Origin: an uncultured Gemmatimonadales bacterium
GTDB taxonomy: Bacteria > Gemmatimonadota > Gemmatimonadetes > Gemmatimonadales > GWC2-71-9
Assembly: GCA_963739455.1 (NCBI GenBank)
Contig: CAVUAK010000001.1
Span: 1,568,001 to 1,632,000, forward strand
Length of the DNA stretch: 64,000 bases
Direction of reading: 5' to 3'
This document shows positions 18,982 to 30,311 of the stretch, piece by piece; the first letter of the stretch is position 1; every line of letters begins with the position of its first letter. Below the pieces are notes generated by a model. That model searched no databases, had not been told where the DNA came from, and saw only the letters and a list, made by a program, of their open reading frames with translations. Both the position numbers and the translations under genes were made by a program.

Positions 18982-20324
18982 ACATTGACCTTGCACTCAG
19001 GCAGCGCGCAGCTGAGGGACGGCCGATTCGAGTGGCCATCATCGGCGCCGGCGCGACTGGCCGCGCCATTGCGCTGCAGCTCGGCACCCCGGTGCCGGGA
19101 TCTCGCCTCGCCGGCATCGCCAACCGCACGCCGAGTCACGCCGAACGCGCCCTTCGCGAAGCCGGGATCGGTCAGTGGGCAAGCTCGAGTTCGCCCGGTG
19201 CCGTCGCGGACTCGATCCGCGCGGGTGTTCCCGTCCTGACGGACGACCCCGAGTTGCTCGTGCGCTCGCCCGCCATCGACATCGTCCTGGAGGTCACGGG
19301 CACGATCGACTTCGGTGCGCAAGTCACCCTCGACGCGATCGCTCACGGCAAGCACACCGTGATCGTCAACGCAGAACTCGACTCGACCATTGGACCGATT
19401 CTCAAGACCAGCGCTGACCAGGCCGGGGTCGTCCTGACGAACACGGACGGCGACGAGCCTGGCGTGGCGATGACGCTGTTTCGCTACCTGCGTACACTCG
19501 GGCTGCGACCGGTCGCGGCAGGAAACATCAAGGGCATGGTCGACTACTACCGCAACCCGGATACACAGCGGGCGTTTGCGGAGAAGAACGATCAGGATGC
19601 GTGGAAGGTCACTTCTTTTGCCGACGCGACCAAGCTCTCGATGGAGACGACCGTTCTCGCCAATGCGACTGGATTCGGGGTCGGAAAGCGGGGGATGTAC
19701 GGACCCGCCTGCTCCAACGTCAGGGAGATGGCCAGCTTTGCTTCCTGCCTCGGACATGCTGTCGGGCGGCATCGTGGACTACGCTCTCGGTGCTGCGCCG
19801 CACACCGGAGCCTTCGTCGTGGTCCACGAGGACAATACGCTGAAGCAGGCCCAGCTGGCATACTACAAGATGGGCGACGGTCCGTTCTACGTGTTCTACA
19901 CGCCGTTCCACCTTCCTCACCTGCAGATCGCATCGACCATCGGCCGAGCAGTGCTCTTTGGCGACGCGACGGTCACGCCGCAGGACGGACCCCGGTGCGA
20001 GGTCGTCGCGATGGCCAAGAGGGACCTGAGGGCGGGCGACCGCATCGATGGCATCGGCGGTTTCACCGTCTACGGCCTGATCGACAATACCGACCACGCA
20101 CGCGCCGGCGAATGCCCTGCCGATGGGGCTTGTCCGAGGGATGCATCGCTCGAGCGCGATGTCGCGAAGGACAGCGTGTCATCACGGTCAGTGACGTCGC
20201 GATGCCGGCCGAGCGCCTGAGCGACCGGCTCTGGGCCGAGCAGCAGTCTCGCGCTGGGCACCGCGGGTGCGGCCACGCTCGCGGGACGTCCGCGCCGGCC
20301 TCGGGTGCCGCGGTGCCGTCATGA
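18978..20324 (+). CDS. NAD(P)-dependent oxidoreductase, homoserine-dehydrogenase-like with C-terminal SAF domain (frameshifted)
   Basis: IIGAGATG, NAELDSTIGP, DGDEPG, TSFADATK. Continues in another frame (GDGPFYVFYTPFHL, AKRDLRAGDRIDGIGGF). Indels at ~19740 and ~20110-20180. Confidence 0.82.
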   Translation: MNIDLALRQRAAEGRPIRVAIIGAGATGRAIALQLGTPVPGSRLAGIANRTPSHAERALREAGIGQWASSSSPGAVADSIRAGVPVLTDDPELLVRSPAIDIVLEVTGTIDFGAQVTLDAIAHGKHTVIVNAELDSTIGPILKTSADQAGVVLTNTDGDEPGVAMTLFRYLRTLGLRPVAAGNIKGMVDYYRNPDTQRAFAEKNDQDAWKVTSFADATKLSMETTVLANATGFGVGKRGMYGPACSNVREMASFASCLGHAVGRHRGLRSRCCAAHRSLRRGPRGQYAEAGPAGILQDGRRSVLRVLHAVPPSSPADRIDHRPSSALWRRDGHAAGRTPVRGRRDGQEGPEGGRPHRWHRRFHRLRPDRQYRPRTRRRMPCRWGLSEGCIARARCREGQRVITVSDVAMPAERLSDRLWAEQQSRAGHRGCGHARGTSAPASGAAVPS

Positions 20325-21122
20325 AGGTCGTTCTCTTCTGCGGCGGCCTCGGCACGCGGCTCCGGGACTACGACGAGAACGTCCCCAAGCCGATGGTCAG
20401 CATCGGGTACCGCCCGATCATGTGGCACCTGATGAAGTACTACGCCCATTTCGGGCACAAGGACTTCATCCTCTGCCTCGGCTACAAGGCCGATGTGATC
20501 AAGAAGTACTTTCTCGAGTACAACGAGTGCCTCTCGAACGACTTCGTCCTGGTCCGGCGGCGGGCAGAAGGTCGAGCTGCTCAACAGCGACATCCACGAC
20601 TGGCGGATCACGTTCGTGGACACCGGCCTGGCCTCGCCCATCGGTGAGCGGCTGCGCCGGGTGACGCGAGCACCTCGCCGGGCGAGGAGATGTTCCTGGC
20701 GAACTACACCGATTGCCTCACCGACCTGGATCTGGACGGCCTACGTGGATGCAGTTCAAGGCTCGAAGAAGCATCGCGGGCATGGTGACGGTTCCGCCCA
20801 ACGTGAGCTTCCACTACGTCGCGGCGCAGGGGGGCATGGTCACCAGTCGATCGACGATGCGCGGAGTACGCCCCTCCGGGTCAACGGCGGATTCTTCGTC
20901 TTCCGACAGGAGATTCTTCGACTACCTCAACGAGCGGCGAGGAGCTGGTTGAACGCGCCGTTCCATCGGCTGATTGAACGAGCACCAGCTCCTGGCCTAC
21001 GAGTACAACGGGTTCTGGAAGGCGATGGACACCTTCAAGGACAAGCAACAGCTGGACGCGCTGCTGGCCAAGGGGGCTCCCCCTTGGGAAGTCTGGCGTC
21101 GCTGGCGGCCGGTGCCGAATGA
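20321..21122 (+). CDS. rfbF: Glucose-1-phosphate cytidylyltransferase (frameshifted)
   Basis: MKVVLFCGGLGTRL, PKPMV, LCLGYK, VNGGFFVF, FWKAMDTFKDK, split over several frames. Confidence 0.85.
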
Positions 21123-22274
21123 CCGAGCTAGCCTGCGATTCTGGACCCGGGCAGCTGTCTGGTGCCCTCGATCGCGTCGTTCTGGCGCGGTCGTCGCGTC
21201 TTCGTGACCGGTCATACCGGCTTCAAGGGCAGCTGGCTCTCCCTCTGGCTCGAGTCTCTCGGCGCCGACGTCACCGGCTACGCGCTGGCGCCGCCGACAT
21301 CGCCCAGCCTCTTCGAGCAAGCCGGATGTCGGCCGGGCGGTGCGATCGATCACCGCCGATGTCCGCGACTTACCGACGGCTGACCGCGGCGCATCGGGAA
21401 TGCCGGCCGGACGTCGTCCTCCACATGGCCGCCCAGTCGGTGGTGAAGCAGGGTTACGCCGATCCGGTCGAGACCTATCGCCTCGAACGTGATGGGCACG
21501 GTGCACCTGCTCGAGGCGGTCCGGCCGCTCGGGCGTCCATGCTGCCGTCGTGAAGTGACGAGCGACAAGTGCTATGCCCATCGCACGTCCGGCGCCGCCC
21601 TACCGCGAGACGATCCGATGGGCGGGCGATGATCCCTACTCCAACTCCAAGGGGTGCGCGGAGCTGGTCACGACTCGCGTACCGCCGTCGTACTTTCCGC
21701 CGCGGACGCTCGCGCGGCACGGCGTGGCGCTCGCGAGCGCGCGAGCCGGCAATGCCATCGGCGGCGGCGACTGGACGGCCGACCAGCTGATTCCCGACCT
21801 GATCCGCGGCGTTCAGCTCCGGCAATGCCCTGCCTCATCCGCAGCCCGGCGGCGATCCGGCCCTGGCAGTTCGTGCTCGAGCCGCTGCGAGGCTACCTGA
21901 TGCTCGCGGAACGCTGGCAGCAGGACGGAGCCGACTTCGCGTCGGCGTGGAACTTCGGTCCGGCCGACGACGGATGCCAAGCCGGTGTCGTGGATCGCCG
22001 ACCGGCTGAGCAGGCTGGGTGGGGAAGTGGTGCGGCGTGGACCCGGGATGCCGCACGCCCATCCGGCCGAAGCGGCCGTCTTGCGGCTCGACACGACCAA
22101 GGCGACGACCGCGCTGGGCTGGAGGCCGGCGCTGCCGCTCGCCGAGCGCTCGACTGGATCGTGGAGTGGTATCGGGGGTGGCACCAACGGGCGTGACCTC
22201 GGCAGCTCACGATGGCGCAGATCGAGCGGTACGAGCAGCTGCTGTCACCCGGTCGCATGGCCCCAACCGACTAA
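21119..22274 (+). CDS. rfbG: CDP-glucose 4,6-dehydratase (frameshifted)
   Basis: FWRGRRVFVTGHTGFKGSWL, HMAAQS, DPYSNSKGCAEL, RAGNAIGGGDW, RPWQFVLEPL, AWNFGP. Confidence 0.88.
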
Positions 22275-22289
22275 CGCGGAGATTGCTCG

Positions 22290-23609
22290 ATGGAGAACAT
22301 CGTCGTACTCGGCAGTGGCATGGGCGCGCTGGGGCGCGGCCTACCGCCTGCAGCGGGGAGGGCATCCGGCCGGTCCTGTACGACCAAGAACTCCTATCAT
22401 GGCGGCCACACCGCCTCGTTCGCGCATGACGGGCGGGTTCCTCTTCGACATCGGACCGCACATCTCGTTCACCAAGGACAACCGGATCCAGGAGCTGTTC
22501 GCCGACGAACGTTGACCACCAGTTCGAGACGATCCAGATCCACCTGAACAACTACTGGCGAGGATACTGGCCGACACATCCGGTGCAGCTGCATCTGCAC
22601 GGCCTGCCCGAGGACGTGATCATCAAGGTCATCGCGGACTTCGTGGCGGCGAGACAAGGCCGAGGACGCGCGAGATCAAGAACTACGCCGATTGGCTGCT
22701 GGCGAGCTTCGGCCGGACCTTCGCCGAGCTGTTCCCGATGCAGTACACCCGCAAGTACCACCTGACGACGGCCGAGAACATGAGCACCGACTGGCTGGGA
22801 CCGCGGATCTACCGCCCCAGCCTCGAGGAGGTACTGCGTGGGCGCCATCTCACCGGCGGCGCCGAGACATCCACTACATCACGCATTTCCGGTATCCGAC
22901 GCGGGGCGGCTTCGCCGCCTACCTGCAGCAAGTTCCTGCCGCTGGGTGAGCTCAAGCTGCAGCACGAGCTCGTCGACGCTCGATCCACGGGCCCGGGAGA
23001 CTCACGTTCGCGCAACGGGATCGGTGACCGGATACGACGAGCGTGGTGTCCTCCGGTCCCGCTACCGGAACTGGTCCCGATGATCGCAGGAGCGCCTGCG
23101 CACGTGATCGCTGCCGCGGCGACGGCTCGCCTGTTCGACCTGCGTGCTGGTCAATGTCGGCGTCGATCGAGCGGATCTGTCCGAGGCGCACATGTCATAC
23201 TTCTACGACGAGGACATCTGCTTCACGCGCCTGAGCTTCCCGCACATGCTGTCGCCGGAACAACGTGCCTCCAGGGCGCCGGCAGCATTCAGGCAGAGGT
23301 CTATTTCTCGAGCAAGTACCGACCGCTCGACCGTCTCTCCCGACAGCCTCATCGAACCGGTCATCAGCGACCTCCGCCGCTGCGGCCTGATTCGCGAGGA
23401 CGGACACGATCCTGTTCAGGAACGCCATGCTGGTGCCTTATGCCAACGTGATCTTTGACCTTGAACGGGCCGAGGCGCTCAAGACGGTCCACGGCTACCT
23501 GGATGAGCTCGGGTCGGCATATTGCGGCCGCTACGGCGACTGGGGCTACATGTGGACGGACGAGAGCTTCATCAGCGGTGAGCGGGCGGCCGGGACGGCC
23601 CTGGCATGA
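22290..23609 (+). CDS. FAD-dependent oxidoreductase, protoporphyrinogen oxidase/UDP-galactopyranose mutase-like (frameshifted)
   Basis: IVVLGSGMG, FLFDIGPHISF, YTRKYH, FRYPTRGGF, CGRYGDWGY. Confidence 0.8.
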
Positions 23610-24271
23610 ACGCAGCTGACCCTTCGCGACGGACCGGCCGCGAGCCGCTGACGGTGCTTTGCCTCGGGGCGCACTCCGATGACATCGAGATCGGCTGCGG
23701 CGGGACCATCATGCGGTTGCTCGCCGAGCGGCCCGGAACGTCGGTGTTCCTGGGTCGTATTGAGCGGGGCAGGGCGAGCGTGCGCGCGAGGCGCGGCGGA
23801 GCGCCCGCCGCTTGCTCCGGGGGGCGCACGCAAGCGAGGTCCGGATCGACCCTTTCCGGGACGGATTCCTGCCCTACGTAGGCGTGCAGGTGAAGGAAAT
23901 GTTCGAGGAGCTGAAGCAGGAGGTCCAGCCCGACCTGATCTTCACACACTACGGCCACGATCGGCACCAGGACCATCGCCTGGTCAGCGAGCTGACATGG
24001 AACACGTTTCGAAGCCACCTGATCCTGGAATACGAAATCCCGAAGTACGACGGTGATCTCGGGCAGCCGAACCTGTTCGTCTCACTTCCAGCCGGTGTCA
24101 GGCGGCGGAAGGTCCGAATCCTGATGTCGGCCTTCCCGAGTCAGCGCGGGCAAGTCCTGGTTTTCAGCGGCGACCTTCGAGGGATTGATGCGCCTGCGAG
24201 GAATCGAGAGCGCGGCACCTGATGGCTATGCGGAGGGATTTCATGCGAGGAAGATCATGCTGACGCCGTGA
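23606..24271 (+). CDS. PIG-L family deacetylase (frameshifted)
   Basis: CLGAHSDDIEIGCGG, DRHQDH, ILEYEIPKYDGDLG, ends AEGFHARKIMLTP. Confidence 0.85.
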
Positions 24272-24285
24272 GGTAAGATGCGTTA

Positions 24286-25404
24286 TCAGTGCCAGACGTC
24301 CCATTGCCGCCGCATGCCCAGCACCACGCCAATGCCCGCCGCCGAAACCATGTAGGCTCCCCACACAACCGCCTCTCGGAGCACCCTGAGCGGCGGAAGC
24401 AGCGCAATGGCCGCGATGATGAAGACCACCGCGAAGGCGACGACCAGAAAGTTGCCAGTGCCGACATGCTCCCAAGCGAGCGCCGATAGCCACAGTGCCG
24501 TGACCATGGCCAGCATCGGCGTGGCAAGTCGCATGAGCTTGTGAAAGACAAACTGGAACCAGATCGGATTCTTGTCCGGCCGCAATACTCCGGGAAGCCA
24601 CATGCAGAGCTGAACGTTGCCTGCGAGCGTCCTGACTTTTCGCTGATACTCGAGCTTTGGCGTGGTCTGACGCGTTTCGTGCACCACGGCATCCGGGCAG
24701 AACATGACGCGCTTGCCCTCGAGCACGAGGCGCATTGGAGTATACAAGTCGTCGAGGATGAGCCCGGCGGGCAGGGGTGCCCAGAGGGCACGCCGCATCG
24801 CGTAGAGCGACCCACTGACGCCGACAGCGGAATGCCACCGCGCTTCCGCGGCTCGTAATCCCACCTCCAGGTTCCAGTACCAACGGATCGGCGAGCTTCG
24901 CCGCTCAGCGCCAAGGGCGAGCGCCCCGGAGATAGCGCCGACGGTCTCGTCGAGTAACGGCAACACGAGCTCCCGGATCGTGTCGAGCGCAACACCCTGG
25001 CGCGTGTCGGTGAAGACGATCACGTCCCCGGTGGCCTGCCTCACTGCCGAATTCAGGGTGGCGGCCTTTCCGCCAGGGCCGTCTCCAAGCACGGTCACGA
25101 TGCGCGCGTCGGGCCCGTTACGCAGTACAGGGATCTGATGGTACGTCGACCAATCGAAAGCCACGACGACCTGCAGGCGATCCGCTGGATAGTCAGATGC
25201 CAAGACGGAGTCGATCTTCGAATCGATGAGCGAGACGTCGTCACGGGTTGCAATCAGGACGCTTACGGTTGGCGTGTATGGGCGAATGGGGATCGAGCTG
25301 CGGCGCGTGAGACGCGCCATGGAATGCGCAATAAGCGGATACCCCAGCCAAGTAACAATGAGCAGGGCAAATGCTGCGGAACCGAGGACAGCGAGCGTAT
25401 TCAT
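24286..25404 (-). CDS. Membrane glycosyltransferase family 2
   Basis: N-terminal TM (WLGYP), GKAATLN, FTDTR, GVSGSLYAMR, ILDDL, RKVRTLAGN, HKLMR. Confidence 0.88.
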   Translation of the reverse strand: MNTLAVLGSAAFALLIVTWLGYPLIAHSMARLTRRSSIPIRPYTPTVSVLIATRDDVSLIDSKIDSVLASDYPADRLQVVVAFDWSTYHQIPVLRNGPDARIVTVLGDGPGGKAATLNSAVRQATGDVIVFTDTRQGVALDTIRELVLPLLDETVGAISGALALGAERRSSPIRWYWNLEVGLRAAEARWHSAVGVSGSLYAMRRALWAPLPAGLILDDLYTPMRLVLEGKRVMFCPDAVVHETRQTTPKLEYQRKVRTLAGNVQLCMWLPGVLRPDKNPIWFQFVFHKLMRLATPMLAMVTALWLSALAWEHVGTGNFLVVAFAVVFIIAAIALLPPLRVLREAVVWGAYMVSAAGIGVVLGMRRQWDVWH

Positions 25405-25666
25405 TTGCTCCTAGGTCAATCGTCCTATGATGCGCAAACCCTTCAACCCCATCAGGCAGCTGCAGCGCCGACCCACAACTTGCCACCTTGGTATCGCGCA
25501 CAGCGCTGAGCCAAACTATTGCATGGTAATGATTTACGACTTCTGTCCTGAGGGATAGTCTCGGACGCAGCTATCCAGAGCCCCAGAAGGGCAATAATCC
25601 TGCCGGATGATCCTGAATTGCAGTTCGGAAGAGGTTTATGCGGCGTCCTGGCGTGCGGGGGCGATG

Positions 25667-27439
25667 TCAGTGCACCTGGACCTCCCACACAGCTGTGCTT
25701 CGCGCCTGACGGCTTGCCAGTTCCATGACCGGCGTCAAATACCATCTCCAGCGAGGTGCCCATTGGCGGACCCTGCTGGCTCGAAAGGCGAGCCGCCCCT
25801 TGGGGGTCAGCAATTGGCTCAGCGCATGGTCTGCCCCTTCATGGCTGATCTCTCGACGCAGCTGCTGCTGGCAGGCCGCGCTGTGGGCCTTTTCCGTAGC
25901 GACCATTTCGGGCCGCAGTCCGGCAGGAATGTCACGCGTGCCTGGATACTGGGCAAAATTCGGCCAGAACTCCCGAAGGCAGGAGCGTTGGATGTCGGCG
26001 CTGTGCTTGTCGCTTGACGATATCGACAGCAGAAGGGACAGGTAGTCTGGATCCAGGTATGGGTAGAGCGGCAGCACGCCGGGCGGAGGCAGGTGCTGCG
26101 ACCACAGGGCCACCGCCCGTCGCTGCCGCAACAGCAGGAAGGAGAGTTCGCCTGCGTTCGGACGGTCGGTAAAGCGACTGAGGTAGTTGCGCAGGTCCTC
26201 GCGCACCTGCTCGGCACTGTGCCACGCGCCTTCCGGTAGGACGCTGTCAAACTCCGTCCCAATCGCGTGGCTCGCCACTTCGTCCATTTCACCGTGGGTC
26301 AACGTACCTGGAGCGGAGACCCCAAGCTGCTCCGTCCATCCAACGGGATCACCCAGAACATCGCCCGCAATGCCATCGAGGATCGCGCGATATTGGGTCG
26401 GCGCTCCATGGAGGACTCGAATGGCCCACGTGTGCTCGACTGATTCGCCGTCCAGAAGCGTGCGGCGCATCAGGTCATCGGCCAGATAGCGGTCCTCCGC
26501 CGCCTCTACCACGGCGTGGTCGAAGTTGAAGTCTCGGGCCATCGCACTGGCAAACCTGGCGTCGAGGTCCATGCGTTCCGACTGGATGAGCCGGCAGGTG
26601 ACCGCAGTAAACGGTGTTTGGCGTTGCACCAGCCCTGCGAGTATGCGCCGGCTGTCGAACCCGCTGCTCAACGGGAGCATCAGCTTGTCGTCACTGAGCC
26701 GAACGCATCGCGTCAGTGCCTGTTGGAATACCTCTTCGATCTCCCTGAGGGTTCGACTGTCCATCCGTCGGGTGCCAGGGGGAATGGTGTCGAGGCGCGA
26801 CTGATCGATCGTGACTCCCGCCGCTGTTACCCGTACTGCTTGGCCGGCTGGGACGCGGCGAATCCCTTGTGTAAGGCTGCGATCTGCTGCAATCCACGAC
26901 GACTGGATCAGGCAGCGCCAGGCGAGCCGGTCAGGCGCGTCACCGGCGCACGCGAGGAAACGCGGGTTCGTGGAGAACAGCACAGTGGAGTCCAGCTCGC
27001 GCCAGTACAGCGTGCCCATGCCGAGCAAGTCGGCGTCCAGCGTGAGCGCGTCGCCTCCTCCCTTGATCGTGGCCACTGAGAAGACGCCATCGTGACGTCG
27101 ACTCGGCCCTTCGAGCCAGTAGCACGCGATGGCGGCGGACGATGAATAGCTTTGGATGTCAGGCAGGACGTAGCCCCGGAAAGCGACGGCACCGCCGCTG
27201 CCATCGGCATGGACCAGTCCGAGGTGCTCGGGGGAGACGGCACTCGCCAGGAACCAGTTGCGCCCTCGCAGCGCAGTTATCGGAAACCCGGGTGCTTCTG
27301 CCCACGACACGTGGAGCGATCGGCGAGCATCGAAGACGCCAAGAAAGAAGTTGTCGGAGCCGCCCTCCGGCTGCGCCGGCGGCCAGTGCACCCGGAAGTG
27401 GCGCGCGCCCTCGGGCGACACCAAGGCTTCCTCGCTCAT
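25667..27439 (-). CDS. Asparagine-synthase-related protein (no N-terminal Cys)
   Basis: Degenerate GATase-like half (DGVFS, DLLGMGTLYW, GIRRVPAG), PP-loop LPLSSGFDSR, DGIAGD, PYLD. Confidence 0.78.
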   Translation of the reverse strand: MSEEALVSPEGARHFRVHWPPAQPEGGSDNFFLGVFDARRSLHVSWAEAPGFPITALRGRNWFLASAVSPEHLGLVHADGSGGAVAFRGYVLPDIQSYSSSAAIACYWLEGPSRRHDGVFSVATIKGGGDALTLDADLLGMGTLYWRELDSTVLFSTNPRFLACAGDAPDRLAWRCLIQSSWIAADRSLTQGIRRVPAGQAVRVTAAGVTIDQSRLDTIPPGTRRMDSRTLREIEEVFQQALTRCVRLSDDKLMLPLSSGFDSRRILAGLVQRQTPFTAVTCRLIQSERMDLDARFASAMARDFNFDHAVVEAAEDRYLADDLMRRTLLDGESVEHTWAIRVLHGAPTQYRAILDGIAGDVLGDPVGWTEQLGVSAPGTLTHGEMDEVASHAIGTEFDSVLPEGAWHSAEQVREDLRNYLSRFTDRPNAGELSFLLLRQRRAVALWSQHLPPPGVLPLYPYLDPDYLSLLLSISSSDKHSADIQRSCLREFWPNFAQYPGTRDIPAGLRPEMVATEKAHSAACQQQLRREISHEGADHALSQLLTPKGRLAFRASRVRQWAPRWRWYLTPVMELASRQARSTAVWEVQVH

Positions 27440-28902
27440 GGCCGCTTGCCGCGCCATCCGCGCAGCAATCCTAGCACGTCACTCACCGCCGGGCGAAGGG
27501 CCACCAGGGCGAGGGCGATATATGTCGCAACGCCAACCAGGATCGCGGCCGCCATTCTCAACACCTGGCCCACTTCCAGTGTCGGCGTCCACCTCCTGAA
27601 CACACTGACCACAAGCAGCATGGTCAGGCTCGAGAGGAACGGTCCGATCATGCTGCGTGCCACCGACGATGCCTTCATGCCCAGGTGAGGTACCGATCGC
27701 AGTACAGTGGAAAGGAAGTAGATCGGATACGCGACAACCCATGTGAGCGCGAGACCCGTCACCCCCCATCGCACGCCGACGGCGAAACCAGCGAGCATGA
27801 TCCCTGCCCCGAGCAGCACATTCCTAAGGCTAACGTCGGCCCGGCCAACGGCCTTGAGAGCGGAGAGGAGCACGCCGCTGACCAGCCCCAGCGGCAGCGT
27901 TACGGCGTACGCACTCAGGGGTAGTGTTGCGCCATTCCAGCGCGAACCCAGTATCAGCGGTATCAGATCACCCGCAACCGCGGCTAGGCCAAAAAAAATT
28001 GGAAATGCGATGAAGCTCATGACACCAATGCCCTGCCGCAGTCTTGCGCCCAGTTCAGGTCGATCCTCCTGAATCCGCGCCAATGCGGGCAGCACTACCT
28101 GCTGCATGCCCGGGGCGAGTTTCTCGGCTGGCAGTTCCGCGAGTTCCTTGCCGACGACGTACAAGCCTGTCGCTTGACTGCCAAGCACACGGCCGGCGAT
28201 GAAGACGTCGGCCTGTGAGTACAGGTACCAGATGACCCGCTCCGTCGTTACTGCTCCTCCAAACCGTAGCGCGTCGGCAAGGCCGCGAACGGAAAAAAGC
28301 GGCCAGCCGGGTGGCGGGCTGGCTACGTTGAGCCCGGTTGCACGTACCACCGACTGCACCAGGGCGCCGACGACCAGTGCCCACACGCCAGCGCCCCTGA
28401 GTGCGAGGGTCAATGTAGCCGCCGAAGCTAGCAACGCTCCCGCGATCTCTGCGGCCGCGATCCGCCGAAAAGCCAGCCGCCGCTCGAGCAATGATCGCGG
28501 GACCACGATGAGCGAACCCGTCACGAGCAGTATGGCCAGCACGCGCAGTAGTGGGGCCACGGCCGCATTCCCGAGGGCGCTAGCCAACGTCTTAGCGGAG
28601 GCGAGCATCGCGCCGCATAAGACGACGCCCAGGACAAGCACCAGCCCAAAGACCTTACGAACCAGTATGTCGTCCAGCTGTGGTGCGCGCACAATCATGG
28701 TGCCGAGTCCACCCTCCTCGAAGAGCTGGAACGCAGAGACGGCTATCATGGCCATGGCCATCACGCCGTAGTCCGACGGCCCCAGCAGGCGCATCACCCA
28801 GATGGTGGCGACCCACGCGATGCCCTGTGCCGCCAGCCTTCCGGCGCTCGCCCACGCGAGCGTGTGCAGCAGGCGAGGAGCTTCCGGGAGCGCGGAAGTC
28901 AA
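27436..28902 (-). CDS. Wzx-type polysaccharide flippase
   Basis: RLLGPSDYG, EGGLG, QADVFIAGRVLG, LGSRW. Multi-TM. Confidence 0.88.
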   Translation of the reverse strand: MTSALPEAPRLLHTLAWASAGRLAAQGIAWVATIWVMRLLGPSDYGVMAMAMIAVSAFQLFEEGGLGTMIVRAPQLDDILVRKVFGLVLVLGVVLCGAMLASAKTLASALGNAAVAPLLRVLAILLVTGSLIVVPRSLLERRLAFRRIAAAEIAGALLASAATLTLALRGAGVWALVVGALVQSVVRATGLNVASPPPGWPLFSVRGLADALRFGGAVTTERVIWYLYSQADVFIAGRVLGSQATGLYVVGKELAELPAEKLAPGMQQVVLPALARIQEDRPELGARLRQGIGVMSFIAFPIFFGLAAVAGDLIPLILGSRWNGATLPLSAYAVTLPLGLVSGVLLSALKAVGRADVSLRNVLLGAGIMLAGFAVGVRWGVTGLALTWVVAYPIYFLSTVLRSVPHLGMKASSVARSMIGPFLSSLTMLLVVSVFRRWTPTLEVGQVLRMAAAILVGVATYIALALVALRPAVSDVLGLLRGWRGKRP

Positions 28903-29064
28903 CAGCCCCCCTGGCTGATCGCTAGTGCCCTTCTGTAGCCCCCCACGCGGGCGGCGACAAGGGCAGGCAATATCACGCGCGTTGTACGTTGATGATCACG
29001 TTCGGATGGTAAGGCAGGGGCCGGGGATCGCGCTAGCGTGGATCACCTTCCCGGGGCATTCGAC

Positions 29065-30240
29065 CTATCCCGCAATTCGCTCCAAGTCGGGTACAGCCAG
29101 AGGCACGAGCATCGCAGAGCGCATCACGAGTGATTCGACGATGTCCCCGATTCGCCCTGCGATCCCGTTCCAGTCATGGGCGCGTGCCACCGCGAGCCTC
29201 CGACTGCGGTCCCGCTGAGTATCTCCTGAAGCAAGAACTTGGCTGAGTGTGGCGCTCCATGCCTCCTCGCCGTTCGCGAGGCGAACGACGTCCGGAAAGT
29301 GTCGCAAGGTCTGAATCGGTGATCCCACGACTCGGATGCCGGCGGCCAGATATTCGTGCAGCTTCGTCGGGTAGATACAGTTGGTGTATTCGCTGATCGC
29401 ATACGGCAGCATGCCAATATCGAGGTGCTGCATGTACGGTGGCAGTGCTGCCGCCGGACGACCACCGATGAAATGCACGTTCGGCAGCTTGCCAATGCGA
29501 CTCAGTGTATCCTGCAAGCCCTCCTGCGGTCGGGCAGCACCGACGTACACAAATGACCACGCCGGATGCCGCAATGCCAGGCGCTCGAGCAGCGCCCAAT
29601 CCAGTTGCGTCTTGAGGTAGCCGACATAGCCAAGGCGTGGACGCGGAATGCTGGCGTACTCAGTTGGCTCTGGAAGTGGCGCGGCGAACGCCTCGAAGTC
29701 CACGCCGTTCGGAACCTCGTGGGCCTGCTGCGCATGCTGCGCCTTCCGTTCCCACAATCGCCGCGAATGGATGATGCAGGCGTCGGCATCCCGCATCAGC
29801 GCCTCTTCTTGGGCCCTAAGGGCCCACTGGTCGTCCCCGAACTGGTAGTCATCGTCAATGTGATAGAGGCTCGCGTCATGCGCGACCTGATCGAGCGCGT
29901 CGGCGTACTGTGGCCTCCAGAGGTAGAGCAGGATCTTGTTACAACCCCGTTGAAGCAATGCACGCCTCGCCGAGCTCAGACGTGCGGACTGCACAGCGCT
30001 GGAAAGGAAGCGCGGCACGGCGAAGCCGAAGCGTGGGGCTTCCTGAACGTCGAGGCCATCCGGTGCCTTCGTCGCGTCCGCCCACGGCTCGCGCCACTCG
30101 CCGATTGGTTCGACCCATGCCACCGGGAAGCGCTCCGCTAGTCGTGCCAGAACATGATGACGCGGCTGCCACGCAAGCCCCCAGGCGTCGGGCACGAGCG
30201 CCAGAATGCCGATTCGCGTGTCAGGTGTTCTCGTCAGCAT
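29065..30240 (-). CDS. Glycosyltransferase family 4 (TuaH-like)
   Basis: WQPRHHV, YHIDDDY, VPNGVD, GYVGYL, PTKLHEYLAAG. Confidence 0.87.
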   Translation of the reverse strand: MLTRTPDTRIGILALVPDAWGLAWQPRHHVLARLAERFPVAWVEPIGEWREPWADATKAPDGLDVQEAPRFGFAVPRFLSSAVQSARLSSARRALLQRGCNKILLYLWRPQYADALDQVAHDASLYHIDDDYQFGDDQWALRAQEEALMRDADACIIHSRRLWERKAQHAQQAHEVPNGVDFEAFAAPLPEPTEYASIPRPRLGYVGYLKTQLDWALLERLALRHPAWSFVYVGAARPQEGLQDTLSRIGKLPNVHFIGGRPAAALPPYMQHLDIGMLPYAISEYTNCIYPTKLHEYLAAGIRVVGSPIQTLRHFPDVVRLANGEEAWSATLSQVLASGDTQRDRSRRLAVARAHDWNGIAGRIGDIVESLVMRSAMLVPLAVPDLERIAG

Positions 30241-30295
30241 GCAGGATGTGGCTCCAGAATCGAGGGCTGGGGCATGGAGAATTCAGCGTTACTTC

Positions 30296-30311
30296 GGCAA
30301 GATTGGGACCG
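30296..30311 (-). promoter_or_regulatory. Sigma-54 promoter candidate upstream of TuaH-like GT
   Basis: Minus strand CGGTCCC-AATC-TTGCC, ~55 nt before the ATG at 30240. Confidence 0.35.

Noticed and set aside
19700..24200. Programmed frameshifting or phase variation
   Set aside because: There are too many shifts per gene and no consistent slippery or simple-sequence tracts.
25667..27439. Possible lasso-peptide cyclase
   Set aside because: No B1/B2 (PqqD-like, transglutaminase-like) genes or precursor peptide nearby, and the context is polysaccharide biosynthesis.
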